Origin: the human T2T-CHM13v2.0 reference genome, Homo sapiens
Direction: 5' to 3' (one strand)
DNA: 64,000 nt
NCBI RefSeq assembly: GCF_009914755.1
Contig: NC_060944.1
Under the pieces are notes generated by a model. It saw nothing but the letters and a program-made list of their open reading frames with translations. It made no database searches and was not told the origin of the DNA. Position 1 is the stretch's first letter; every line of letters starts with the position of its first letter. Below are positions 1-12,700 of the stretch, one piece after another. Position numbers and translations under genes: made by a program.

Positions 1-59
1 TGGCAACAAAGCACAGCTCAGAGGAAGCAGTCTGGAGGTGAAGTGGGGGTGGATTGAAG

Positions 60-352
60 ACTCTATCATTGCCATGGAGCAAGCTGGACTAACGAGCCAG
101 AGGATGAAAGGTTATGGGGAAGAGAAGTAAGTAGTCCCAGATGAGATCATCTTTGACCAGTCAGCCTCCATCTGACCTACCAGCTGACTGCAGACACATG
201 AGCAAGCCCAGCTAAGATCAGCTTACCGGCCCAGATCAGCAGAACTTTCCAGTCAACTCATAGACTTGTGAGAAATAACAACTGACTCCTTTAATTCAAG
301 TTTGGAGCTGGTTTGTTATGAAGCACTATTGTGGCATTAGATAACTACTACA
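60..352 (+). mobile_element. MLT1-family (ERVL-MaLR) LTR, 3' part
   Basis: Typical MLT1 3' motifs 'gagcaagcccagctaagatcagc', 'tagacttgtgagaaataa', 'ggtttgttatgaagcactattgtggcattagataacta'. Confidence 0.7.
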
Positions 353-608
353 GCCTTCATGGGTGAAAATTTTAAAGAAAACAGAACCACAAATGTCAGC
401 TTGCAAGTATTCAATGAATGATAATCACTACTAGTAAACTTCTGTGAGCCAAACGTAGCAGAGACTGGCCAACCTTAACTCAATAACCTCCACTTGAGAA
501 AGCAAGCTGAAATGTGAGTTAAAGTGGCCTTATTGCAGGAATAATCTTGAGTCTGCTCCAACTTATCTTAAAAAATAAGTTATTAGTAGGCTCCCCTGAA
601 ACAATCCT

Positions 609-1310
609 GATAAAGACTCTTATAACCAACTTCTACTTAACCTAATCATTGGATTAACCAATGTTCAGCATTCCTTCTTTAATAAATACTGACTGTTCCC
701 CACAGTGTGGAGAACGCTTGCAGTAAATAGACTGAGTTCTCATGTTCCTATGCAGTCTGTTTCAAAGAGGGAATCAGCTGTTATACTTCCCAGTAGTCAA
801 TTGGGAGGGTTCCCGAATCTGTATATGCCAATTGTACTTATTATATCATTCAACTCAATATTACATAAACTGATGAATATGAGTTCTTAAAAAAGATAGT
901 GCTTCTATGCAACCCAAGTTAAATGTAACTTGATGAAAATAAATGTGAGTAGCTAAAAATGAATTTTTATTCAATGAATGTCACCAAGACAATTTTAAAA
1001 TAATATTTAACTATTCTGAATAATCTAGAAGAATTCTGCGTTTAAATTGTTTTCCAAATGTCTTTTAGCTTTCCTATTTGACTAACAATAATAAATTAGC
1101 TTGTTATAGATGTGATAAGCTGCAATACTAACAACTTAAAAAGTTTTTGTCTTATATCAAAAGATAGGCAAATACATATTCATTTATACATTTGATATTA
1201 AAGTAAAACGTTTGTGTCTCATGTTTTATGATTCCATCTTTAACCAACATTTTTGATTAACCAACCAATTACTAGTGATGGTTGCATCACTTAAGAAGGT
1301 TTTATTCTGT
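609..1310 (+). mobile_element. Ancient TcMar-Tigger DNA transposon fossil (Tigger13a-like)
   Basis: 5' end 'cttataaccaacttctacttaacctaatcattggattaaccaatg' and 3' end 'gattaaccaacc...cacttaagaaggttttattctg' resemble degenerate Tigger termini. Subfamily assigned from memory. Confidence 0.5.
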
Positions 1311-1386
1311 TAGTAGAGCCTGGACCAATGCCTGACACATAACAGGAGCATTATTACTAACTGCTGAATGAATTTGTTGGATGAAT
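1310..1386 (+). mobile_element. L2 3' end fragment
   Basis: 'caatgcctgacacataacaggagc...ctgctgaatgaat' resembles the L2 terminus. Confidence 0.55.
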
Positions 1387-1629
1387 TAGCGGCAAATTGC
1401 TGGCAATGCCCATTACAACCAAACCAGACATGTTTTCACACACCAATGTGTTTTAATACTGAGTTAAAAAAAATACCTGACTTTTTACTTTAACCATACT
1501 TTCTTTAACCTTACTTGTAGAAGATGGAGGAACAGCTTAGCTTTCCAATATTTCTCTAAATATTGCTTGTTTATACCAGGTCTCTAACAAAGGCTGATAA
1601 CGTAGGTTTTTGGTGTTGTTGACAGTGTC

Positions 1630-1797
1630 CCACTAGCATGTATCAGAATCACCTGGAGGCCTTGTTCAACTGTAAATTGCTAGGCTCTATCATGGAGTTT
1701 CCATTTAGTAAGTCTGAGGTGGGACTCTAGAGTTTACATTTCTGACAAGTTGCCAGGTGATGGTATTCCAAGGAACAAACTTTGAGAGTCACTGACC
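1630..1797. mobile_element. MER5A (hAT-Charlie)
   Basis: 'tatcagaatcacctggagg...agtaagtctgaggtggg...catttctgacaagttgccaggtgatg...actttgagagtcactg'. Confidence 0.8.
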
Positions 1798-1927
1798 TGG
1801 TATACCTCCAGAATAGTACAGTTATCAAGGTCATCTTACTCTTCCTCTAACCATTTACCCCAGTCCATTTAATTCCTTCAAATGTCTCAACTGATACTGG
1901 ATTTGACTTCAATGTTCTGGCAATAAG

Positions 1928-1997
1928 TATTGAATTGGCTGGGTAAATTGATGGGATGAATATTGAATTGACTGGGTAAGTTAATTGGCTGGGATGA
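1928..1997. repeat. Degenerate local tandem duplication (~33-bp period)
   Basis: tattgaattggctgggtaa (1928-1946), tattgaattgactgggtaa (1961-1979), aattggctgggatga (1983-1997). Confidence 0.7.
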
Positions 1998-2039
1998 GGC
2001 AACAGATATATAAACCTAGGTTATGGGCCAGGTACAGTG

Positions 2040-2265
2040 TTGTTTTATTACATTTTATAATTTAACCCCCACAGCAACACTATAAAGTTGATATTAATAT
2101 CTCCATTTTATAGATGAGAAAAACTGAGGGTCAGAAAGGTGATGCACTTCTATAACTAGCATCACTTTTTCACTTAGTATGGTCTAGATGGAGGACACAC
2201 AGCTAGTAATCAGTGGAGTAAGAGTCAGGGTCAACTGAGACCAAAGGCCCTGTTCTTTCCACAAC
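2040..2265 (-). mobile_element. MIR SINE
   Basis: 'ctccatttttatagatgagaaaaactgaggg tcagaaagg...cacacagctagtaa' is the MIR core, antisense. Confidence 0.8.
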
Positions 2266-2324
2266 ATCTAGCGGGAATATAAATTATCAGGTCGCTAAGA
2301 TGAACACTTAAATCTAAAACAGGA

Positions 2325-2462
2325 CTTCTTGGACTTTAATGTGCATATGAGTCTCCTGGACATTTTGTTAAAAATGCAGATTCCTATTCTACAGCTCTAG
2401 GACAGGCCTGAGATTTTGCATTTTTCACAAGTTCCTAGGTGATGGTGATGCTTAGAAAAGCA
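2325..2462. mobile_element. MER5-family DNA transposon
   Basis: 'ttgttaaaaatgcagattcc...ggcctgagattttgcatttttcacaagttcctaggtgatg'. Confidence 0.75.
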
Positions 2463-2914
2463 GTGCTCTCAACCCCATTTGCTTGGGTGCAGAGCCTGGG
2501 ATGTCCCTTAGCAGGAAGTGGAGGTCCTGAATGGCCCTTCAGTCATGTTATAATATGTACACTTTGCCTTTCATTTTTCTCAGTGAAGAATTAGAAGAGG
2601 GAACCAAAGGGAAATTTATATTAAATGAATAAGCCCAAGAAAGAATGCCAAGGCCATATATTCTTCTTGAGAAAAAGGAGGATGAGCTAAGGAAAAAGGA
2701 ATTGGGACTGCCTGGGAACCAACTAGGGAATATGGTCACCTGTTCACCAACTGCAGCAGCATGTGATGGGAATCTAGAACAATCCATTCTGCCCTCTCAG
2801 TTACCATCTACTGGAAAAGGGAGTGTGGAATTATAGTGAAAGCAGCTAGGAGGGCCAGGAACTTTAAAATCCCTCTTCATACCTTTCATGGCATACCTGT
2901 TGCTGTTTTATTTT

Positions 2915-3505
2915 CCATATTTGCATATGATAAAATTCACTCTTTTTGGTATATGGCTTTATGAATTTTGACAAACACATGCAGTCATGTAATCACCCCC
3001 ATGATCAAGACACGGAACATCTCCATCACTCCCCCAGTCCGATCATGTTGCCCTTTGGTCCTCATTCCCTCCTCCTGTGCGTATAGTTTTGCCTTTTCTG
3101 GAATGTTCCATGGATGGCACCAAACAGTATGCAGCCTTTCGAGTGTGACTTCTTTCACTTAGCATTGTGTATTTGTGATTCATTCACGTTGTAGTGTGTC
3201 TTCCAGGTTGGATCCTTTTTTATTGCTGAGTGATAGTCCATACAGGGATGTTTGTTTATCCATCCCCAGTTGAGAGATCTTTGGGTTGTTTCATATCTCA
3301 TTGGCTATGAATAGAGCTGCTATACATTTGAGTACAGGTTTTTGTGTAAACACACCTTTTAATTTTTCTTAGGTAAATATCCAGGATTGGGATTGCTGTG
3401 TCATATGGGAAGTGTACATTTCACTTTTTGGGAAACTTGAAACTTGCTAAACTGTTTTCCAGAGTGGCTGCAGCATTTTGCACTCTCCCCAGCAACGCAT
3501 GAATG
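2915..3505 (-). mobile_element. L1M (L1MB-like) 3' fragment
   Basis: Antisense L1 3' motifs 'tttcacttagcattgtgtatttgtgattcattcacgttgtag', 'aggtaaatatccaggattgggattgctg', 'aaactgttttccagagtggctgcagcattttgcactc'. Confidence 0.85.
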
Positions 3506-4810
3506 GTCTTTCTGAGACGCACGACCCACACGCTCCTCCCAGTACCCAGACACACATGGGTGGACACCCTTCACTGCAGGGATTTCAGTGAGGTCGCTGT
3601 CAGAGCAGGAGCCACCTGGGAGAAGACTGAGGTCAGAGGTTTTGGGAAAGCCAGCGAGCCTGGGCCTACCTCCCCCAGTCCTTCCCAGCCTTCAGGCCCA
3701 TCTGTTAGGGCCCTTGCGCCTCCTCCTTGAAGAAGCCTTTGAGCCCACCTCTCTCCCCAGCAAGTGTGCAAGCCCCAAAACACCACCCTCCTGGTTTAGG
3801 CTTTGTTGTCAGATAATGTGACTTTGAAAAGAAGCCCCTCCTCTCCCACCAAAAGGAGGATAAGAAAGGCGCTCAGATCAATCCTCAGCAGATACATGGA
3901 GTCGCAAAGCTCCAGAAAATCCTTTATTCTCTTTTCTGAGCAGCTGCTGCGGCAGCACCCCGCCCCCAGCTCTGCCCCCAGTGGAAACCTGAAAGCTATT
4001 CATATCATTTAATCCTGTTGAAAATCCTCTTCGCTCTCTCTCGCTGAGGTGTGGTCGGCTGAGGTAAACCTGGGCTTAATTCATGTGTTGGAAAGCAGAT
4101 GAAAGGTGTCACATGATTTGACATTCTATTTAGGAAACTGACTCTTCCCTAATCTAGAAGCTTCCACTCATAACCCCTGTTTGAAAGTGGTCAGAATAAA
4201 ATCTTCAAGGTAAAGTCACAATTGGGTTTTCTTTGAAGGTGCATTCACTTCAGAAAACGGAGCAAAAGAGCAGAGGTAAAGTAGAGATGGTTCAAGGGGT
4301 TTGGAGTGGATTTTTACCTATGTATCACTCAGCTTAAACATCTACCAGATTGTTTACATTTTATCCTACACATGGCAAAAGAAAACTCTACAACCATTTT
4401 ACCCTGTTGCCAATCATGGCCACATATTTTAGTTCTCTCTCTTGCCACCAAGAAGTATGAGATCTTATAGCTAAGTTCTTTCATTTTAAGAAATTTGGAC
4501 ATAAGATACTGTAAAGCTATATCCAGAATGAGTGTTCAGTCTACTCTCTTTTATTGCAGAGCTCATTGATATGCATCACTGGAAACATGCTCTCTGACCT
4601 TCTCAGGTGTTTTTAGGCTGGGAGAAGACTCCCCGTAAGAGTTTCATAGCTCCACCAGTTACAGAGAAAGCAAAAGAGCATGGGCAATTTCATCCATATT
4701 CAGAGAATAAATTTCTTCTGGCTTGTTTCGGGACCCAAACAGTATTTGGAGAATAAATGATCCCAGATGGCTAATTAAGGGCGACTTCCTTATACAAAAA
4801 ATTATTTTAA

Positions 4811-4877
4811 GAACCCCCATGAAAATCTCAATTCCCTGGCAGGCAATATTTATTAAACTTCTCCTAAACATAGGCTG
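4811..4877 (+). repeat. 67-bp direct repeat, copy 1 (copy 2 at 6392-6458)
   Basis: 54 bp identical (gaacccccatgaaaatctcaattccctggcaggcaatatttattaaacttctcc) plus 13 bp with 2 mismatches. Confidence 0.95.
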
Positions 4878-4999
4878 GTCCATGAGGCATACTGGAGAAA
4901 CACAAATGTAAAGTCTATCCCAAAGGGCTTTGTAATCACAGAGTACATGAAAAAATATCAGAGCAGTAGCAGGGATATTAAACCCGTAGTCAACATGCA

Positions 5000-5160
5000 C
5001 AACCTTAGCTGTACATTGGAATCACCTAGGGAACTTTAAAAATTATTGATGCCTGGGCCCCACCCCCCAGAGATCCTGATTTAATTGGTCTAGGTTACAG
5101 CCCGGGCACTGAGACTGTTTAAATCTTCCAATGTGTAGCTAAGGTTAAAGCCTGCCGTTC
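5000..5160. mobile_element. MER5B-like DNA transposon
   Basis: 'tgtacattggaatcacctagggaactttaaaa...gatgcctgggccccacccc...agagatcctgatttaattggtct'. Confidence 0.75.
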
Positions 5161-5504
5161 TAGCTAAACAAACCATGCACTAAGCATGTGACTGAATTAA
5201 TGACTTTACCAGAGCCTTCTCTTTCGCAGAGGGCCCATCCAATGTGTGTCTCACGGTGAAATGGTCCAGGAAAGTTAGGTGAGAGGAAGCTGTAGGACAC
5301 ATAAGACTGGGATCTGGAGTTGTGTGAGAGAGAAACTGAGAAAATGCCACACTGACGCTTGTCAAGTAGGAAATACGGTTGAGTAATGGAGGGACCAGAA
5401 AGAGCAGGAGAGTCCTTAGAAAAATGCGTTTCTTGTAGATAGTGCTTTACAGGTTAAAATCACTTTCACATTATTTCCTCATAAATATGGAGGTAAGAAA
5501 GCAT

Positions 5505-5730
5505 AAAGAATAAAAGTCAGATAGACTTGGGTTAAAGTTCCAGCTCTGCTACTGCTGAGCTCTGGAATCTTGGGCAAGTTACTTAAATTGCCTCAGTTAA
5601 GTAACTAAGCCTCAGTTTCCTCATCCATAGAGTGGAAATAATAATAGTGCCTTTCTTATAAGGTGGCTGGGAAACTTAAATAATGTATGTAGAATGCTTA
5701 GTTCAATGCCTGGCACATGGTGAGCTCACC
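5505..5730 (+). mobile_element. MIR SINE
   Basis: 'ttgggcaagttacttaa...gcctcagtttcctcatc...ataatagtgcct...gcctggcacatggtgagc'. Confidence 0.85.
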
Positions 5731-6391
5731 ACATGTCTGAGTTGCCACTGCCATTATCTTCAGCATAGTCATCATTGTTTTGGTGTAGAATGGAGACCTA
5801 TGGTCAGCCTCAACCAAGGGGTATAGGGAAATGAGAAGTGAGTGAAGTTTGTTCTGAATGAACAGAGTAGGAACTAAAAATCATAAAAATACTTCACAAA
5901 CTAAGGCCAAAGGAGCCGTTACATTATGGTTGGAACATTTGATCTCTCAAAGGCTTCATTTATCTGTGACAAAGTTTGTGCTTGCATGGCATTTTCAGAG
6001 GAAGGGAGGTAGAACTTAACCAGGGAGTGAAGCAGCAGGTTATATATAATAGTTGCTCAGTTAAAAACTTGATGAGTTGAAGTGAACACCTCTTGAGTAG
6101 CTGTAACACTAAGTCTTAGATGAAGCTTGGCTCTGCATGAGAGAATAGTGTGGGTGGGCAGCCAGGCCACACTCAGTGACAGAGAGCTGAGTCCTGGGCT
6201 TGAGTGGATGCACCTGGGAAAGAGGACGGAGATGAGTGAGGAGAAAGAGAGCACTGGTGTATGTTTGAGAGGTTGCTAGTAGGTCATAAGCCATAGAGTT
6301 GAAGGGGCTGCTGAGGGTGAAATCGAGATGGTCTTAGATTAGTGAAGAACCCGCTCTCATTTGAGACCCTTCTTTAGGTTTCGTGGCCCTT

Positions 6392-6458
6392 GAACCCCCA
6401 TGAAAATCTCAATTCCCTGGCAGGCAATATTTATTAAACTTCTCCAAAATATAGGCTG
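6392..6458 (+). repeat. 67-bp direct repeat, copy 2 (copy 1 at 4811-4877)
   Basis: 65/67 identity to 4811-4877 by direct comparison. Confidence 0.95.
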
Positions 6459-6724
6459 CCCTTCCTTTGCATGGCAGGAAAAATGAGAAGGGTGGCAGGA
6501 AGGGTCTGATGTTCCTCCCAAGATCAAAGGTAATGTATACTTGTTGGTTTTATGGCCTCAGACCAAGGCACGGGTGATGATTGCCAATCTCCCTTTCCAT
6601 TCCAAGGTCCTAGGCACCCACTCTCTTCTAACTGCCCTCTCTCAATGTCCTTCCTGCTGTTTTCAAAGTCCTTCTGGGGCTGACCTCTCAGAGAGCTACT
6701 AGATAGTTCCTTATGATCCCTCTA

Positions 6725-6915
6725 GCTTAATGCTTGTCACAGTGAAGTCTCCATTAAGAATCACCTCCAGAAGTTGTTAAACAGATTTTCATCCCTCCCC
6801 CTACCAAGAGTTTGATTCAGAAAGTCTGGGGTGGGGCTGGAGCATTTGCCTTTTAGCAAGCTCCCAGTTGATGCTATGGCTGCTAGCCTGAGATCCACAC
6901 TTTGAGTAGCCCTGA
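6725..6915. mobile_element. MER5A
   Basis: 'aagaatcacctccagaagttgttaa...ttgattcagaaagtctggggtgggg...caagctcccagttgatgc...ccacactttgagtagc'. Confidence 0.75.
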
Positions 6916-8642
6916 TCTGACCACCCTGCAATCCCAGCCCCTGCTGCCCTCAGGATTCTTGAGTGTGTGCGTTTGCTTATCTCCTAGGGGAGGGGATTAA
7001 CTTTAGTAAATTATCCAGGGGCTGTTAGTTGGGATTCTGGCTTCAGATGGGGGATTCTCAGCAGATGTTTTTAAACAGGACTCAAATATTGGTCTTTTTG
7101 GAAGAGATTTTATGGAAAACAGAGTCTATGATGCCCACGTTCTTCTAAGGAGGGCCACCATTGCGTATTGTGTTCCATCTAAGCTTAAGAGACATGAAGG
7201 GGTAAGATGAGGGTGAGATGTATTATAAAATTTTGTAAATTATTTAAAGTCTGTATGCCAATGGCTTTTTTTTTTTTGCACCTGGGGAATTTTTGAGAAA
7301 GAAGACATCCTCCTCCTAACAATCATCTTTTTGACAATTTGTTCATTCTGCTGAGCTTCCTTTGAAGTTTGAGTCTCAAAACCAAAACTTTCCACAAGGG
7401 CTCCTTTGTTTCTTCCTGATCTGCCAGGATGAAATCCTCAATTCGGCTTGCCCTACCTCACAAATAGCACTTACACGTATGCTAGAACTGCCTTTTTTAA
7501 AGGAATAAAATGCAATCTAAATGTTCTGCCGAAACAAAACCTTCTGGTTTAACAATAGTCCTGGTTTCTTCCAACATGTGGACTTTTGGGGTTTGGTAAC
7601 TGAAGGGGGTGAAAGGTTCTGTTGGTTCTCAGAGACTCAAAGGTCTCCCTATGGATGGCCAAACTGCGAAATCAGAGCCGCCCAGAGTTTGTTGTAAACA
7701 AGTCCATCTTAATTCCTATTTGGGATTTGTAATTGCTTGGTCCTCTGAGAAGCCTCAGTGTGGAATTGCCTTATCTAACTAGTTCCATTCTGTGGATTTG
7801 CCACCTGTCCCAAGGCAGCCTAAATTGAGTGAGGCCTGGTGTCCTTGCAAAAGAGGTGGTTCTTAGACAACAACTGGAGTTTATTTTGATCTCTATCTTT
7901 TGAGGCCAGAAACTGTTCATGTTTAACTTTAAAGAAAGCTGTGATTTTTTTTTTTTTTTTTTTTCCTAGAGGAAAGCTGCAATTTGAAGGCAGGATTCTA
8001 TTAAAAACAGACAAATAATTCCCATTCCTTCCTGGTCCTGCCTATTGTTTTCCTAAGTTTGTTTGGATTCCCGGGTTGAATCCTTCTGGCTAACCCTCCA
8101 AAGAGAGGGTCCCGAGCACTGCCATCCGTGAGGTTGACTGTCTCGTGAGGTCCTTGGGGAACACATCCTGTTTCTCCCTCAAAGAGGCAATTGGAGGATG
8201 TGAGAGAATGTCTCCTGTCTTCTCCATTCAGAGAGCCTTTTTATTTCCTCCCTATGTTTTGTCTATAGACGGTTTCAGTCTTCCTAAGAAGAACTATTCC
8301 TAGGAAGAAATGTTGGTCTGGAGCCAATATCACTTATAGGTAATACATTGTAGACTATGGGTTGCTTTAAATAACCCGTGACCCTGTCCTCAACAAGTAA
8401 TCCACCCCATCCTCGAAACACACTTTAAGCAGAGTTATACAGCACCAGCAACATGCCTTTAGATGCATTCAGCTGATCCCACCCTATATGTGACACACAC
8501 TTTCATGCCATGAAAGGTGTCCCTAACACTTGGCCATGGATCCTTATACCCAAGGAGTCCTGATATGCTTGACATTCTTCATGCAGCCGTTGCCCAGCAA
8601 CCAGAGCTGAGATGCTAGTTGCAACCTAGGAGCCATCCCTGA

Positions 8643-9143
<501 letters not shown>

Positions 9144-10519
9144 TAAATGGGGAGAGGGGTGCCACACGGTCCTGTGTTTCCTTTCTCTTTGAATGGTGCT
9201 GGTAAATGCAGATGCAGTTGGCAATGCACGCAAGAAAGCAGTTACTTGCTGAGAAAATTCCTGACAAATATTGAGAGAGGCAACAATTTTTTCTCAGTCT
9301 AAACATGAAAAAGCCACTGCTGATTAAATGTATCTGGTAAAGAATCTTTTCCTAAAGTTTTAAACTGAAACCTCTAAAACCTTTTTCCCAGAGTATTCCA
9401 AATACAGACGGGCAAGTTGTATTTTTTCCAAGTTGCCTTTTCCTGAGGGAAAACTAGTGATGTCCAAGGCTGGCAGACACGGAGCTCTGCGCATCCTGAT
9501 AAAGATAGGAACTTTAGGCTAGCAAAAAATCCAAATAAACAGATTTTCAAACAGACCAGCTTTCCTTTTGGTAGCTGAAAAGGAAACCCCACATCCAGGA
9601 GGAATGCAGATCAAAGCAAAGCCTACAAATGATGCAGAAACACATAAAATAACAAACAAGCCTGGTGGGAAGAGGGAACTTTTTGTAAAAGAATAGGCCT
9701 CTTCATATTACACTGAAATTGAATGCAAGATTGCAAGCAAAGATACATGAGTTGGGAATACAAAGCTATAGTTTCTTTCTCCTTTTTTGGGGCCAAGAGT
9801 ATACCTTTAATAGGTCACATTGGAAGCCACTAAAAGCAAAGGACAAAAGATAGGCCCCTTGTTGGAAATCTTGCCTAGTTTTCCTTTTGCAGTTGCCTCT
9901 GCTTCTCTTTCTTGGTATAAAGTGGACAGAATAATTAATCCATTTGGCTGTAAAAGTGGAATCTAAATTGCCCTGGTCTCTAAGCATTTCATGTCAAAAG
10001 CTGAGCCTTTTTAATTCTTGAAAACCTGGTTCTATTTACCAGGGTTCTCAGGTGAGACACAGATGTAAAACTGTTGGTATGATGACATTTTAATTCAGAT
10101 GACCCTTTTCCCTGATGTTAAAATTTATGTGGGGTAAACTCTCAATTGGATCATAGTTAGCAGGGTAAAAAATCACTTTTATGATATTTTATCCTTGGGA
10201 ATTAAGCCCATTTAAATCATATCTGTGTTCTGACTGTGAGGTGCTAAGTGGCTACTGAAGACACAGAACACTATTGGATGCTATTACTCACTATTTAAAA
10301 ATCAAAATTACCAGAATTGTTAAGTGTCTTATTTTTTGAGAACCACTGGAATGAATACTTGGTGGTAGAGTTCTTTTTAAAGACCTTGAAATGTTAAGTG
10401 GACATTTAGTTGAGCTTCTAGCTCATATGTTACCTCCATTGAGAAAGGGGAGTTGGCCATCCATTACTACCATAGGTAATCTTTAGTAACTTGCCCCTTG
10501 AAGCAGCATTAGCATTGTC

Positions 10520-12035
10520 TAGGAACATTACCTGGGGTATATTCCTCGGAGCGGAATTTTGGGTTGCTGCATACATTTACCTTCAAATATATTAGCTGCT
10601 GCCAAATGGTTCTCCCCAATGGTTGCAGCGATTTACAATCCTCCCACTATGTAACAATTCTGTGTCTTATGGTTTCATATTCTTCTAATGCTGTTATCAC
10701 ACATAACCATTTTTCTTACCAGTTTTTGATGAATGAGAAATGGTATTTTGTTCCATTCTGTACATCTGATTACTTTACAGAAGCTATTTATTAGACGTTT
10801 GAATTTCCTCTTCAGTGAATCTCATGTTTTGTCAATTTTTTTTTGTGGGTTGTTTTTTCTTACAGATTTTGTGTAAGTTATTCAAATTATCTGTAGAGTG
10901 ACTCTATCATTGCAAGCATTGACAATATATTTTTTCAGTGTATGACTTGACTTTTTCATTTTAAAATGGTATCTTTTGATATACAAAATATTAAATTTTA
11001 ATGTAGTTGAATTTTTTCATCTCCACTTTTGTAATTTCTGTGTGTGTGTGTGTGCGTGCATGTGTGTGTGTTTTACATGTTGTCAGGAAAATCTTTATTA
11101 CTCTCAAACCATAAAGAAATTCTCCTGGATTGTCACCATTGAGCCCTTAGACTACCTGGAATAGATTTTCTGCATGATGTAAAGCAAGGACAGCAGTCTA
11201 ACAAGCTATCTCCCCAGCCACATTCATACATAGTTCATTGTTTTCTCAATAATCTGTGGTGCCTCTTCTGTTACCTGCCACATTTTAATGTATGGATGTG
11301 ACTGTTTCAAGGGTCTCTATTCTGTTCCATTGACCTTTCTTTATTCCTGTGCCCATACCATACCACATTCATCACTATTGCTATACACAAAACATGTTTA
11401 ACATTTGGTAGAACGAGTTTCTGTATCCGTCTTCATTTTTTTTTCTTTTAAATTGAGCTATTCTTTTTTGTTTTTGTTTTTGAGACAGAGTCTTGCTCTG
11501 TTGCCCAGGCTGGAGTGCAGTGGCATGACCTTGGCTCACTGCGACCTGAACCTCCCAGGTTCAAGTGATGCTCCTGCCTCAGCCTCCTGAGTAGCTGGGG
11601 CTCCAAGGGCCTGCCACCATGCCCAGCTAATTTTTGTATTTTTAGTAGAGATAGGGTTTTGCCATTTTGCCAGGTTGGTCTTGAACTCCCAACCTCAGGT
11701 GATCCACCTGCCTCGGCCTCCCAAAGTGCTGGGATTACAGGTGTGAGTCACCATGCCTGGTCCTAAAATGGGCTATTCTGGGGGCATTGCTTTTCTGTAT
11801 AGATTTTATCACCTGATTGTCAAGATTCATGAAAAACTGGGTAGACAATTTCATTGAAATTACATTTAAATTTTAATTTGCAGATCGATGTTTTTGCAAT
11901 TTTAAGTTTTTCATCTGTGAACATGGTGTATTTCTTTGCTTATTAAAGTTATTTATTGATGCCCTTCAATAAAGGATTTATCTGTAAAATATTTGCATAT
12001 CTTTTGTTAGACTTCTAGGTACCTTATATTTCCTG
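10520..12035 (-). mobile_element. Old L1M ORF2/3' fragments, interrupted by an Alu
   Basis: Antisense L1 motifs 'gctgccaaatggttctccccaatggttgcagcgatttacaatcc', 'gggtctctattctgttccattga', 'tctgtgaacatggtgtatttc'. Confidence 0.7.
11465..11763 (-). mobile_element. Full-length AluS with 16-bp TSD
   Basis: Alu body flanked by taaattgagctattct (11449-11464) and taaaatgggctattct (11764-11779). Confidence 0.96.
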
Positions 12036-12099
12036 TTGCTGCCAGTTTTTGTTGTTCTCAACCAAGAACTCTGGCATATGCATTCATATTTATGCTCCA

Positions 12100-12700
12100 A
12101 TTTAAAATATATTAGGTGCTAATGCAGCTGTATAAAATACAGTTCTTATCTTTATATATAATTCATACTGAAGAGCAAAGACAGATGGAACAACAGGATT
12201 ATGTGGGCATTCTAGGATGAAGTGCCAATCATCATCAGAGTTAGTTGATACGAGGTAGTGCAGAAGAGAGAAAAGGCCAGAGGCAGGCTGGTTCAGTTGG
12301 AGAAAGACTCATCAAAGGGATATACCTTGAAGGTTTAGTAGCATTTTGATAAAGAAATGGAATATATATGCTGAAAGAAAGCTTATCAACATAAAGTTGT
12401 ACATGGTTAGGTGACAGAGGGTTGAAGATGGTGAGGAGATGTGGCCAGACTCTGGATGACATTGAATGTTAGGACAAGTTTGCACTTTATCTTTTATTCC
12501 CTAGGAAGCCTTCCAAAGTTGGATGATGTGTTGAACCTCAAGTCTGACATTTGTAGAAAGAGGCAAGTTAGGAGAAGGGGGGTTACCTTGTGATAAATCT
12601 TTTAAATTCATTTTGATTCACAGATGGTTGTGAACTGAGGCAAAGCAGTTGTTGTATATGAAATCAAATGCGTTCAAGACAAGTTTTAGAGTCAGGATTT
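12100..12700 (-). mobile_element. Degenerate L2 fragment
   Basis: Purine-rich L2-antisense-like motifs such as 'ttgaatgttaggacaagtttgcactttatc' and 'gaggcaagttaggag'. Confidence 0.45.

Noticed and set aside
638-648. Perfect DUX4 motif TAACCTAATCA (also at 41824-41834)
   Set aside because: About one match is expected by chance in 64 kb of AT-rich DNA, and there is no supporting context.
3970-3986. CTCF-like ctgcccccagtgg in a GC-rich patch
   Set aside because: It is one base short of the core spacing, so it aligns poorly to the motif.
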